43,151 nt of DNA from Euryarchaeota archaeon UBA105 (GTDB taxonomy: Archaea; Thermoplasmatota; Poseidoniia; Poseidoniales; Thalassarchaeaceae): positions 1 to 43,151 of the forward strand of contig DALV01000102.1 of the NCBI GenBank assembly GCA_002496905.1, read 5' to 3'. A program made the translations under genes and the position numbers. The notes under the pieces are model-generated. The model worked only from the letters and a program-made list of their open reading frames with translations. It was not told the DNA's origin and did not search any database. This document shows positions 1-8,490 of this stretch, piece by piece. Position 1 is the first letter of the stretch, and each line of letters opens with the position of its first letter.

Positions 1-1008
1 GGTGTCGATTTAGATGGAGACCCCATTAATGAACCAATACAAGATAACGAGTTTGTACCCGAACAAATCAAAGAATTATCCGCCATTATATTCGACCGCG
101 AAGTTTCAGGGAATGGTTCGTTTTGGTGGAGTTTAGCTGTTTTAGATCAACAACAGTCCGGGAGCGTGGAATCCCAAAGCTTTCTTCTAAATGTATTCTA
201 CAACAGTCTTACACTAGAAATGAGAAACTTATTCATTTCTGAAAATTATAGCCAGAGCCTCATCTACATTGATATGCCATTTATGGACGTTAAGAAAACT
301 GAAAATGCGGTTTCACAAATAGATAATTACGCTAAACAAGATACAGCGGGGTTGGGGGTCACTTCTACCAGATTAATTGGTGTAGCTTCTGTCACAATAG
401 AAGTCAATAACTTAGTTGTGGACTCACAATGGGGTTCCTTAATATTCGCACTGCTGTTTACCGTCTTTACGCTTGGTTTGGTATTCAGAGACATACGATA
501 TGCAATTCTAACTACTACCCCAGTAGCATTCACTGTATTCATGCAATGGCTAGTAATGGACCAGGGCAGTGTCAGTTTATCTCTAGTTACTGTTATGATT
601 GGTTCTATTCTTGTTGGTGTTGGAGTAGATTTCTCTATACATATTGCTAATCGAGTTAAAGAATTAGGCGGTTCCATAGATGCAATTCGTATTGCATGTG
701 CAAGTACAGGAATGAGTCTTACGGAAGCGGTGACTGTAACAATAGCTGGAATGACTTGTGCATATTACATCCCAATTCCAGCAATCGCACCATTCATTGA
801 TGTGATCATAATTTTGCTTATACTTGCTGCACTTTCCGCGCTGATTCTCTTGCCTGCGATTTATTCCCTTTTAGTAAAAGCCAATATATCCTTAATTGGA
901 GGGTCTGGAACTATGGCAAAGGCAGCAGGTCTTAGAAGAACTCTGACAAGGGAAGAAGGGGATATAATGGATGCCACCCTAGTAATGGATGGTCAAGATG
1001 CATGGTGA
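1..1008 (+). CDS. RND/MMPL-type membrane transporter, C-terminal portion (5' end lies outside the window)
   Basis: Frame 1 is open from nt 1 into listed ORF 166..1008. It has several hydrophobic helices and the motif GSILVGVGVDFSIHIANR, which resembles the G-x-GVDY-x-I TM signature of MMPL/RND exporters. Confidence 0.6.
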   Translation, partial: GVDLDGDPINEPIQDNEFVPEQIKELSAIIFDREVSGNGSFWWSLAVLDQQQSGSVESQSFLLNVFYNSLTLEMRNLFISENYSQSLIYIDMPFMDVKKTENAVSQIDNYAKQDTAGLGVTSTRLIGVASVTIEVNNLVVDSQWGSLIFALLFTVFTLGLVFRDIRYAILTTTPVAFTVFMQWLVMDQGSVSLSLVTVMIGSILVGVGVDFSIHIANRVKELGGSIDAIRIACASTGMSLTEAVTVTIAGMTCAYYIPIPAIAPFIDVIIILLILAALSALILLPAIYSLLVKANISLIGGSGTMAKAAGLRRTLTREEGDIMDATLVMDGQDAW

Positions 1009-1012
1009 TATT

Positions 1013-1486
1013 ATGATGAATTATTGGTTAATGAAAAGCGAACCAGACGTCTACCCATGGTCACAATTGGTTGAGGATAAATCAACTCACTGGGATGGTG
1101 TCAGGAACTATCAGGCCCGCAATATTATGAGAGATGATATGAAAATTGGAGATTGGGTGTTGTTTTATCATTCAAATTGCAAACCCCCCCATGTCGCTGG
1201 AGTGGCAAAGGTGTGTAAAGAAGGATATCCTGACTTTACGGCACAAGATCCAAATTCAAAGTATTTTGATGAAAAAGCAAGCCCAGAAAACCCTAGATGG
1301 ATAATGATCGACATAGAACCGATAATTGAGTTAGAATCCGTAGGACTCCCTGAACTCAAAGCTAATCCTAGTCTAGAGGGTATGCCTTTGTTGCGACGCG
1401 GACAACGCTTGTCCGTGCAACCGGTTTCACAGGAACATTTTGCTATTGTTTGTAAAATGGGCGGAGTCGATTCAGAATCGCTTTAG
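1013..1486 (+). CDS. EVE (PUA-like) domain protein
   Basis: The N-terminus MNYWLMKSEPDVYPW...HWDGVRNYQARNIMRDDMKIGDWVLFYHS matches the canonical EVE/thymocyte-nuclear-protein-1 signature. The likely start is the ATG pair at 1013/1016 rather than 989. Confidence 0.75.
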   Translation: MMNYWLMKSEPDVYPWSQLVEDKSTHWDGVRNYQARNIMRDDMKIGDWVLFYHSNCKPPHVAGVAKVCKEGYPDFTAQDPNSKYFDEKASPENPRWIMIDIEPIIELESVGLPELKANPSLEGMPLLRRGQRLSVQPVSQEHFAIVCKMGGVDSESL

Positions 1487-1496
1487 AGGGAAATTA

Positions 1497-2354
1497 ATGA
1501 CCTATTCAATAATTGCAAAATGTCCAGAAACTGGTCAATACGGTGTGGGCATACAATCACACTTCTATGCTGCTGGTAATGCCTGCTGGGCGAGGGCAGG
1601 GGTAGGAGTAGTGGTAACCCAAGCAATGGCGCTGATCGATCACGGTCCTTTAGGATTGAAATTAATGGAAAGGGGAGTGTCGGCATCCGACGCCCTAGTA
1701 GAAAGGCTTGGGGAAGACAGTGAACCAGAAATTCGCCAAGTAGCAATGTTGGACTCTAATGGTGAAGTGGCTGCACACACAGGCTCGCTGACTATCCCTG
1801 CTGCTGGACATGTTATCGGGGAAGGATTCTCCTGCCAGGCGAATCTCATGTGGAACGAATCCGTACCACAAGCAATGTCTGATGCGTTTGAAAGTTCGGA
1901 CGGTCTGTTATCCGAAAGACTCCTTTCAGCAATGTTCGCTGGTCAAAATGCAGGCGGGGATATACGTGGAATGCAATCTGGTAGGATTCTGGTTGTTGAT
2001 ACCAATAAAACAGAGAAGGAATGGGAAGGGGTAATTGTTGATGTAAACGTGGATGACCATCCTAATCCCCTCGATGAGTTAGGTAGATTATTGAAAGTAA
2101 ATTCAATTTATTCGGAATTTACGAATAATGGTTACGAATTCGATCTTAAACAAGCAGAAGCAGAAAAATTTCCAGAAATCGCCTTTTGGACTGCGATTAA
2201 TCTAGCCAATAAGGGAGATTTGGATAGAGGGAGGGAATTGTTAGCTATTGCACTAAACGAACATGATGGTTGGAAAGAATTACTAATTCGGTGTTCTCAA
2301 AATAATTTCTTTGGAATTACAGAAGAACTTGTAGACAAATTGCTAGATCAATAG
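1497..2354 (+). CDS. DUF1028-family (Ntn-hydrolase-like) protein
   Basis: MTYSIIAKCPETGQYGVGIQSHFYAAG...VVVTQA is typical of DUF1028 N-termini (M-T-[FY]-S-I-x-A). ATG 1497 is preceded by a GAGGG Shine-Dalgarno-like motif. Confidence 0.65.
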   Translation: MTYSIIAKCPETGQYGVGIQSHFYAAGNACWARAGVGVVVTQAMALIDHGPLGLKLMERGVSASDALVERLGEDSEPEIRQVAMLDSNGEVAAHTGSLTIPAAGHVIGEGFSCQANLMWNESVPQAMSDAFESSDGLLSERLLSAMFAGQNAGGDIRGMQSGRILVVDTNKTEKEWEGVIVDVNVDDHPNPLDELGRLLKVNSIYSEFTNNGYEFDLKQAEAEKFPEIAFWTAINLANKGDLDRGRELLAIALNEHDGWKELLIRCSQNNFFGITEELVDKLLDQ

Positions 2355-2357
2355 ATT

Positions 2358-2670
2358 CCCGGAGTGGGCACGTCCTCGGTGGACAATCGTCACCAACGAT
2401 GAAAGTTCCACGATATCCTCCGCCCCGCTGTCCCAAGGCATCCAGCATCCTCGGTCGGGCTGCTCGCTTCCGCGCCTGACCTGATTCCCGAGCGTGAAAC
2501 GGTCGACACTTCCCTTCGGAAGTGTTCTCCGCCAACCTGGATCTCTTGGGGGCGAGGCATCGACGTCAACCGTAGGGTCATCGTCGGCTCGTCTTTGCCG
2601 CCCTCGGACTTCAGGCCACCATTTTCGACGATTTGTGGATGATAGAACACGTCAACGCTCCCCCTAGCCC
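2358..2670 (-). ncRNA. Signal recognition particle RNA (archaeal 7S/SRP RNA), ends approximate
   Basis: This is a GC-rich island with no credible ORF. The minus strand reads GGGAAUCAGGUCAGGCGCGGAAGCGAGCAGCCCGACC, which is the universally conserved SRP helix-8 loops plus a GGAA tetraloop (compare E. coli 4.5S CAGGUCAGGUCCGGAAGGAAGCAGCC). The 5' domain has GGUGGCCUGAAGUCC (Alu-domain loops, compare human GGUGGCGCGUGCCUGUAGUCC). There is a helix-6-like hairpin ACACUUCC-GAAG-GGAAGUGU. The 5' (GGAG..ACGU..ACAAAUCGUC) and 3' (GACGAUUGU..ACGU..CUCC) termini are collinearly complementary. Confidence 0.8.
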
Positions 2671-2747
2671 AATCCATGCGCGTAGCGCTTACCTATGAAC
2701 GAAACTATTACTCAAATCAGCATTGTAAGGTAAAAAATTGTATTAAT

Positions 2748-3131
2748 TTATTCGGTTTCGTACTTGGAGGGACAACCAGTTTGGATTTCTTTAGCATCGA
2801 TTATCCACATTTCCCCATCTTGAATTAAGTTACCTTTGACCGCTATCATGCGACCTTCTTCGAATCCGTCTGGTACCGCTATCATCGCAAATGAGACTAG
2901 AATTTTGGACTCAGATCCCTGTAATAGGAAAGTAGAGGACGAGTTGTCAATAGATTCATTTTTTACAATTCCACGGATATTTACTTCTTCTGAACTAAAT
3001 TCTTCCGGGGAATCCATAACTTCGTCGACCGTGTACTGAACTTGAGGGTCAACAGATAAAAACATCAATCCAATCAGTCCAAGCATAATTGCTCCGACAA
3101 ACAACAGTCGGGACCTGCGGGTTGTGTTCAC
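2748..3131 (-). CDS. ccmE: Cytochrome c maturation heme chaperone CcmE, archaeal-type C-x3-Y variant
   Basis: The protein has an N-terminal RR-S-R-L + TM anchor, an OB-fold core (VNIRGIV..., VPDGFEEGRMIAVKGNL, compare E. coli LPDLFREGQGVVVQGEL) and a C-terminal GCPSKYE where E. coli has H-D-E-N-Y. The start is GTG, with GGAGG 8 nt upstream. Confidence 0.75.
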   Translation of the reverse strand: MNTTRRSRLLFVGAIMLGLIGLMFLSVDPQVQYTVDEVMDSPEEFSSEEVNIRGIVKNESIDNSSSTFLLQGSESKILVSFAMIAVPDGFEEGRMIAVKGNLIQDGEMWIIDAKEIQTGCPSKYETE

Positions 3132-3185
3132 AATAATTCCTCCAGCAGGGTATTGAATAGCCTTACTCTCACCTGACAGAGGAAC

Positions 3186-4289
3186 TTATGGTCTAGTATA
3201 TCCTACTACTTCCTGTAAATCAGCAAATCCCTGGTTTTCAATTTTGGCTTTCAATCCTTTAGTGACTCTCTTTACAACGGAGGGACCTTGGAACACCATT
3301 GCAGAATACAGTTGTAGTAATGAGGAACCATTAGTAATCGCGTTCCAAGCTGAATCTCCAGAATCTATTCCTCCGCAACCAACGATTGGCACTTTACCTC
3401 CGATGCTGTCATACAAATCTCCAATCATCTGTATTGATTTTTCATGAAGTGGTTTACCTGATAGTCCCCCTTGTTCGGCAAAAAATTTCCTTGAACTTGT
3501 GTTATTTGGAGCAGGCCTACTAATTGTTGTATTCGTCGCAATAAATCCATCAATGCCAGCGGAAAGTGCTGCGCCTGCACAGGATAGGAGATCGTCTCTA
3601 GGTAAATCCGGAGCGAATTTCAGTAGGATTGGTTTAGATCCTGATCTTTTTTCTCGAAGAGCTGTGCATGCGCTCACTACATCACGAATATGATCATCCT
3701 CCTGTAGTTCTCGTAAACCAGGAGTATTTGGTGAGGAAACATTCAGCACAAATATGTCTGCATGGTCATATAATAATCCAAAAGTTTCAGCATAATCACT
3801 GGGTGCTCGCTCATTGTTTACGGTTTTGGAGCGGCCAATGTTTGCCGCAATAGGTACATTTGGCCATTTTCCGGATACTTGTCTCTTAGAGAGAGTGTCT
3901 CGAATCTGTTGGGCCCCTGGATTATTGAATCCCATTCGATTAATCAGAGCGTTTTCTCGATTGGACCTAAACATCCTAGGTTTTGGATTACCATCTTGAG
4001 GATAACGAGTTACCCCCCCATATTCGACCCAAGAGAAACCAAGAGCAGGCCAAGCACCTATGGCCTGAGCCGATTTATCAAAACCCGCAGCCAACCCAAG
4101 AGGGTGTCTGAACAACTTCCCAAAAACTGTGATAGGGAGGTTAGGTGTACCATAGATTGAATTTAGTATTTTTTGCGCGGGTCGATTTTCTGCAAATTTA
4201 GTAAGTGTTTTTACACTTAGATTGTGGGCTTTTTCAGAATCAATAAGGCGTAAAGAGGGGCGGACCAGAAAGCGATATGGTAGACCCAT
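3186..4289 (-). CDS. pyrD: Dihydroorotate dehydrogenase (quinone), class 2
   Basis: Motifs present are HPLGLAAGFDK, ALINRMGFNNPG, NVSSPNTPGLR and IVGCGGI. The N-terminal extension is typical of membrane-associated class 2 enzymes. ATG 4289 is preferred over the TTG at 4319. Confidence 0.9.
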   Translation of the reverse strand: MGLPYRFLVRPSLRLIDSEKAHNLSVKTLTKFAENRPAQKILNSIYGTPNLPITVFGKLFRHPLGLAAGFDKSAQAIGAWPALGFSWVEYGGVTRYPQDGNPKPRMFRSNRENALINRMGFNNPGAQQIRDTLSKRQVSGKWPNVPIAANIGRSKTVNNERAPSDYAETFGLLYDHADIFVLNVSSPNTPGLRELQEDDHIRDVVSACTALREKRSGSKPILLKFAPDLPRDDLLSCAGAALSAGIDGFIATNTTISRPAPNNTSSRKFFAEQGGLSGKPLHEKSIQMIGDLYDSIGGKVPIVGCGGIDSGDSAWNAITNGSSLLQLYSAMVFQGPSVVKRVTKGLKAKIENQGFADLQEVVGYTRP

Positions 4290-4342
4290 CTCACAGCCGG
4301 CTGATGAGGCATCCTTCAAGTCTTGTGGGTATTACGGGTTCC

Positions 4343-4747
4343 ATGGATGCAGATTTGTGCACTCGCTCCTTACGGGAACTTGCCCGGAGAATCCTTAGGT
4401 CAAGAGGAGTAATATTTACTCTACCAAGTCATATTGCCAGAGATGAGAAATTAGGAATCAGAATATCAGATTTATCCCCTAGTTTGTATTTTGGCATTGA
4501 ATTTAATGCCCATGATTTAGACAATATCACCGTGAAGAATATTGGTGAAGGTGGAGGGATAATAGGCGTAGATGCTCCTGCAGAATCTGAGGTTTGGATA
4601 CCATTAGATTTGCAAACTGGATTTGATATTTTGATTGAGGAGGTTATAGCGCTGGCATCTGCAGGCTACCCCGCCTGCGCAGGATGTGGTGGTTCTGATG
4701 CTGAAACTCCATGGGATGAATTGGCTATCAGAGAATTGTACTATTGA
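4343..4747 (+). CDS. Hypothetical protein (no recognisable domain)
   Basis: The ORF has coding-like composition. I chose ATG 4343 because the listed start at 4277 overlaps the divergent pyrD start. The product was not recognised. Confidence 0.4.
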   Translation: MDADLCTRSLRELARRILRSRGVIFTLPSHIARDEKLGIRISDLSPSLYFGIEFNAHDLDNITVKNIGEGGGIIGVDAPAESEVWIPLDLQTGFDILIEEVIALASAGYPACAGCGGSDAETPWDELAIRELYY

Positions 4748-4780
4748 GATGATTTGTCATCCCGATATCTTTGGTTTTCT

Positions 4781-4830
4781 CGCATGCGCGCGCATGGCGC
4801 GCGCGACACAGGCACGCGTGCACGCGCGCC
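4781..4830. repeat. Alternating purine-pyrimidine CG-rich, palindrome-dense tract
   Basis: The sequence is CGCATGCGCGCGCATGGCGCGCGCGACACAGGCACGCGTGCACGCGCGCC. It contains the 14-nt perfect palindrome CATGCGCGCGCATG, (GC)n runs and the palindrome GCACGCGTGC. It sits in the non-coding gap upstream of topA and stands out against the AT-rich surroundings. Confidence 0.9.
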
Positions 4831-4935
4831 TTGCATCGCTCTAACCTTACTCACGTTTATACAGGGTTCATGTCGCCACCGAGAAACGTGGTAAGCCAAT
4901 GTCAGATGGCGAACCGCTAAGTCGAGTGTGATTAA

Positions 4936-7221
4936 TTGAAGTTCATGATTTTGGAATCAGGGGCAAAGGCCCGTACGATCAAGAAATATCTCGGCAAGGG
5001 TTGGATTGTCGATGCCTGTAATGGCCATGTACAAGATTTACCAACCCGAGGAGGCACAAAGCAAGATAACAAAGCAATGTGGTCTTCGAAGGAAGGACAA
5101 TTACCAAATCCACCTTGGAGTTACACTGCTAGAGCCGAGAAAATTGTTTCCAAATTAAGACAGAAAGCTAAAAAAAATTCAGTTGATGAAATTTATATCG
5201 CCACCGACCCAGATAGAGAGGGGGAATTTATTGCTTGGCGATTGAAAGAAATCTTCAATGATTACGATTCAATCTATCGTGTCTCATTCAATGAAATTAC
5301 AAATTCTGCAGTACAAGAAGCAATAGAATCACCTAGAGATATCGATATGGATCTTGTCGATGCTGCCAAAGTTAGAAGATTTATGGACAGGTTGGTAGGT
5401 TTCCGCTGTTCAAGATTTAGTCGATCCTGGAACTTAGCTTCAATGGGACGTGTACAAACCCCCACCCTTGGATTCATTGTAGAAAGAGAACTAGAAAGAG
5501 ACGCACATGTTCCTATTCCATATCATTCGATTAAGGTCGATTCCAATGGTGTTTCCTTCAAAGTTAGATTCCATGAAAAAAATGATGATGGTGCTTGGAA
5601 AGACGATGATGGGAAACATCACCCAGACAGAACTTTTGACGGGGATTTGGCCGAAAGCGCAATGAAAAAAATTCGTGATTCCGATGGATTATTATTAGAA
5701 TCCGTAAAGGAAGGAAAGACCAACAGAAAACCTCAACCTGCGTTCACAACCGAATCTATGTTAAGAGCCGCCAATGGCAGGATGGGGTGGTCCATTGGTA
5801 GAACAAATAGAGTCGCCACAGCACTGTATCAATCAGGTCACATAACTTACATACGGACAGATTCTACACGTACAAGCAAAACGGCTAGAGATAGAATTAG
5901 ATCATTGATCGAAAAAGAATACGGCTCTAATCACCTAGGGCCCGGAGTGCTAGGACCGGACGCAAAAAAAGGTGCAAGCAATGTACAGGATGCTCACGAA
6001 GCGATTCGGCCCACCCAACCTGAAGTGAAGACATTAGCAGATGTAGATGCGGATCAACAGTCGTTATACAGATTAATTTGGGGTAGATTTGCTGCAAGCC
6101 AAATGTCAAATTCTATACGAGAAAGAAGGGATTTGGTAGTAAAGGTCTCAGAACTAGATTTGCCATTGTATGGAACCAGTTCATGGCGCATCCATGCGGG
6201 ATGGGAAGCAGTCTACTCCGCAGATAAAGAGGTAAAAACAGAACCACCACAGGTTGGTTTCGAAATTGGAACAATTTGGGGATTTACTTCGACAGAAGAA
6301 AACCCACTTTTAACGTCTGACGAGACGAAACCACCTAGGAGATTCACTGAAAGTTCGATAATCCAGGAAATGAAGAGAGCAGACATAGGGAGGCCTTCGA
6401 CATATCTGACCACAGTAGGTAAGCTAGTAGACAGAGGCTATGTCGACAAAGAGGGTTCATCCCTGATTCCAACAGACCAAGGTAGATTGTTATGGATTGA
6501 TGTGGTGCCGTTTTATGGGTCGGATCAGAATTCGTCTGGAACTATATCTGAGGGTTTGTTCACCCCGCGATTCACAGCATTGATGGAATCTAGTTTAGAT
6601 GAGGTAGAAGATGGAGATACTAGTGGCGCCATAGTTTGGCATAAATTTGTTACGGACTTTAGAAACATGCATAATAACGCATTAGAGATAAGAAAACTAA
6701 AGCCGACGGTGAAGCAACGTAATTTTATCATTAATAGGACCTCACGAATGGCTGATGATACAAAATCAGAATTGTTCAAAGGTAAGAATATCGATGAACT
6801 TACTGGGGAAGACGCAAGAAGAATCATTGAAGAACTCAACGATTCTAAAATTGAAAATATTCCTCCTAGTGAAAAACAAATGGCATTAATCATCAGATTA
6901 GCTGATAAAAATTCTGTTGATTTAGAACCAATACTATCGGAACTTGGCCACAGTGATTTGGAGGAATTAACAGGTGGTAGAGACGGCACTGCAAGTTCGG
7001 TAATCAATACATTGATTGGAATCGACAAAGATTCTCCAGCTACAGAAAAGCAAGTAGCGGCTATCAAATCAATGTCTGAAAATTTAGAAATTAGTATTGA
7101 GGATGCTATGGCTATTGGCGAAGTAACCACTATTGATGAAATTTCTAAAAATGAGGCCAGTGGTTTAATTGGTACAATGAAAAAAATGATTCAATCACGA
7201 AAGCGTCAACAAAAGAAATGA
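4936..7221 (+). CDS. topA: DNA topoisomerase I, type IA (bacterial TopA-like)
   Basis: The Toprim N-terminus is ILESGAKARTIKKYLG...NGHVQDLP, followed by DPDREGEFIAW. The active-site motif is GHITYIRTDSTR. The start is TTG 4936 or ATG 4945. The C-terminus has no Cys-rich zinc ribbons. Confidence 0.9.
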   Translation: MKFMILESGAKARTIKKYLGKGWIVDACNGHVQDLPTRGGTKQDNKAMWSSKEGQLPNPPWSYTARAEKIVSKLRQKAKKNSVDEIYIATDPDREGEFIAWRLKEIFNDYDSIYRVSFNEITNSAVQEAIESPRDIDMDLVDAAKVRRFMDRLVGFRCSRFSRSWNLASMGRVQTPTLGFIVERELERDAHVPIPYHSIKVDSNGVSFKVRFHEKNDDGAWKDDDGKHHPDRTFDGDLAESAMKKIRDSDGLLLESVKEGKTNRKPQPAFTTESMLRAANGRMGWSIGRTNRVATALYQSGHITYIRTDSTRTSKTARDRIRSLIEKEYGSNHLGPGVLGPDAKKGASNVQDAHEAIRPTQPEVKTLADVDADQQSLYRLIWGRFAASQMSNSIRERRDLVVKVSELDLPLYGTSSWRIHAGWEAVYSADKEVKTEPPQVGFEIGTIWGFTSTEENPLLTSDETKPPRRFTESSIIQEMKRADIGRPSTYLTTVGKLVDRGYVDKEGSSLIPTDQGRLLWIDVVPFYGSDQNSSGTISEGLFTPRFTALMESSLDEVEDGDTSGAIVWHKFVTDFRNMHNNALEIRKLKPTVKQRNFIINRTSRMADDTKSELFKGKNIDELTGEDARRIIEELNDSKIENIPPSEKQMALIIRLADKNSVDLEPILSELGHSDLEELTGGRDGTASSVINTLIGIDKDSPATEKQVAAIKSMSENLEISIEDAMAIGEVTTIDEISKNEASGLIGTMKKMIQSRKRQQKK

Positions 7222-7277
7222 TATCTTTTGTTCTATGCGCCAATACTACCTTGGTCCAAGGGCTAGGGGGGTAGCGC

Positions 7278-8486
7278 TTGATTAGAGACAATTACGATGT
7301 TATTGTAATTGGTGCCGGACCTGTAGGTGGATATCTTGGATGGAAGTTAACGGAGAAGGGTTTGAGTGTTCTCCTTGTTGAAGAACACGCTGAGATTGGA
7401 AGGCCATTCCAATGTGCTGGAATGGTTAATCCATCAGCTATGGATAAGATAGGGGCATTCGATACGGTACTGACAAGAATTTGGGGCGCTAGGATGTACA
7501 GCCCATCGGGTACAGAAATTGTAATAGGGGACCCAGATACAACCAGAACTTGGTCGGTTTGCCGTAAATTGTTTGATGAAAGAGTGGTCCAACTTAGCCT
7601 TGATTCCGGGGCCGATTTATTGTTATCATCAAAGCCAGTTAGCGCTACTGTAACGAGCTCCGGAGTTGATATTTCATTAGATATAAATGGAGAAATTAAA
7701 CAACTTCAATGCCGTATGCTTTGTGGTGCAGACGGTGCTCATTCCTGGGTGCGTAGGACTTTCAAAATGGGCCGACCGAAAGAATTGTTGATTGGATTCC
7801 AAATTGAGGTAACAGGATATCCAGGGGAAGAAGGGAGACTTGACCTCTTTACGGGAGATGATTTCGCTCCCGGATTTTTCGCTTGGGCAATTCCATCGGG
7901 CGATACAACTAGGATTGGAAACTGGTCTCTACCGAACAAATTAGGAGAGGAATCCTGTGAGGATTTATTGAAGGTGCTAATGAAATCCTCACAATGGAAA
8001 GAGAGATTCTCCAATTGTAAAGAGGTTGGTAGGTACTGTGGGCCCGTTCCGTCTGGCTTGATTCACAAACCTGTGATTGACCGTGTTGGGGTATTCGGGG
8101 ATGCAGCGGGTCTTTGCAAACCTACAACGGGTGGCGGAATAGGAAAAGGATTCGAACAAGTTGATCTCATGCTTCCAAAATTAGTAGAAGCCATTGCGAC
8201 CAATGATTTTACTCAATCTACTGTGAAGAATTTGAATGATACAATATCTAGTCTTAGACGGAATCAAAACAAATCAAGAGCATTAAGAAACGTATTTTTG
8301 ACAGAATCAACTGATGAAGAATTGGACGAATTATTCTCGGTTTGGTCACAACCAGAGGTGATTGATTTAATCAATCAATTAGGGGATATAGATAATCCAA
8401 TCCCACTCGGTATTAAGATGTTGAAAGATGTCCCGGAATTCCGACGTCTGGCTTCGAAAGCCGCTGCTGCATTAATTTGGGGGTGA
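7278..8486 (+). CDS. Geranylgeranyl reductase family FAD-dependent oxidoreductase
   Basis: The FAD-binding motif is YDVIVIGAGPVGG...LLVEE, followed by GADGAHSWVR and a GDAAG motif. The start is TTG, with a G-rich SD-like motif upstream. Confidence 0.85.
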   Translation: MIRDNYDVIVIGAGPVGGYLGWKLTEKGLSVLLVEEHAEIGRPFQCAGMVNPSAMDKIGAFDTVLTRIWGARMYSPSGTEIVIGDPDTTRTWSVCRKLFDERVVQLSLDSGADLLLSSKPVSATVTSSGVDISLDINGEIKQLQCRMLCGADGAHSWVRRTFKMGRPKELLIGFQIEVTGYPGEEGRLDLFTGDDFAPGFFAWAIPSGDTTRIGNWSLPNKLGEESCEDLLKVLMKSSQWKERFSNCKEVGRYCGPVPSGLIHKPVIDRVGVFGDAAGLCKPTTGGGIGKGFEQVDLMLPKLVEAIATNDFTQSTVKNLNDTISSLRRNQNKSRALRNVFLTESTDEELDELFSVWSQPEVIDLINQLGDIDNPIPLGIKMLKDVPEFRRLASKAAAALIWG

Positions 8487-8490
8487 ACAT

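Noticed and set aside
2358-2670. RNase P RNA as an alternative identity for the GC-rich non-coding island (because of a GAAGUCCG-like string)
   Set aside because: The CR-I consensus GAGGAAAGUCC and the other RNase P conserved regions are absent. The SRP helix-8 motif CAGGUCAGG...GGAA...AGCAGCC is present intact.
2317-2677. Two minus-strand ORFs (2317..2535, 72 aa; 2390..2677, 95 aa) in the GC-rich island
   Set aside because: Their translations are Arg/Gly/Pro/Ser-rich and low in complexity. They overlap each other in different frames, and the region carries clear SRP RNA helix-8 and Alu-domain motifs. I treat it as an RNA gene, not coding sequence.
4277-4342. The listed ATG 4277 as the start of the hypothetical ORF, and TTG 4319 as the start of pyrD
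   Set aside because: With these starts the two divergent genes would overlap by 43 nt at their 5' ends. The internal ATGs (4343 and 4289) remove the overlap, and the pyrD alignment starts near MGLPYRF.
6525-7130. 201-aa minus-strand ORF inside topA
   Set aside because: It is antisense to a strongly supported gene. The translation is Ser/Ile/Leu-rich and low in complexity with no motif, as expected for the antisense frame of an AT-rich repeat-containing region.
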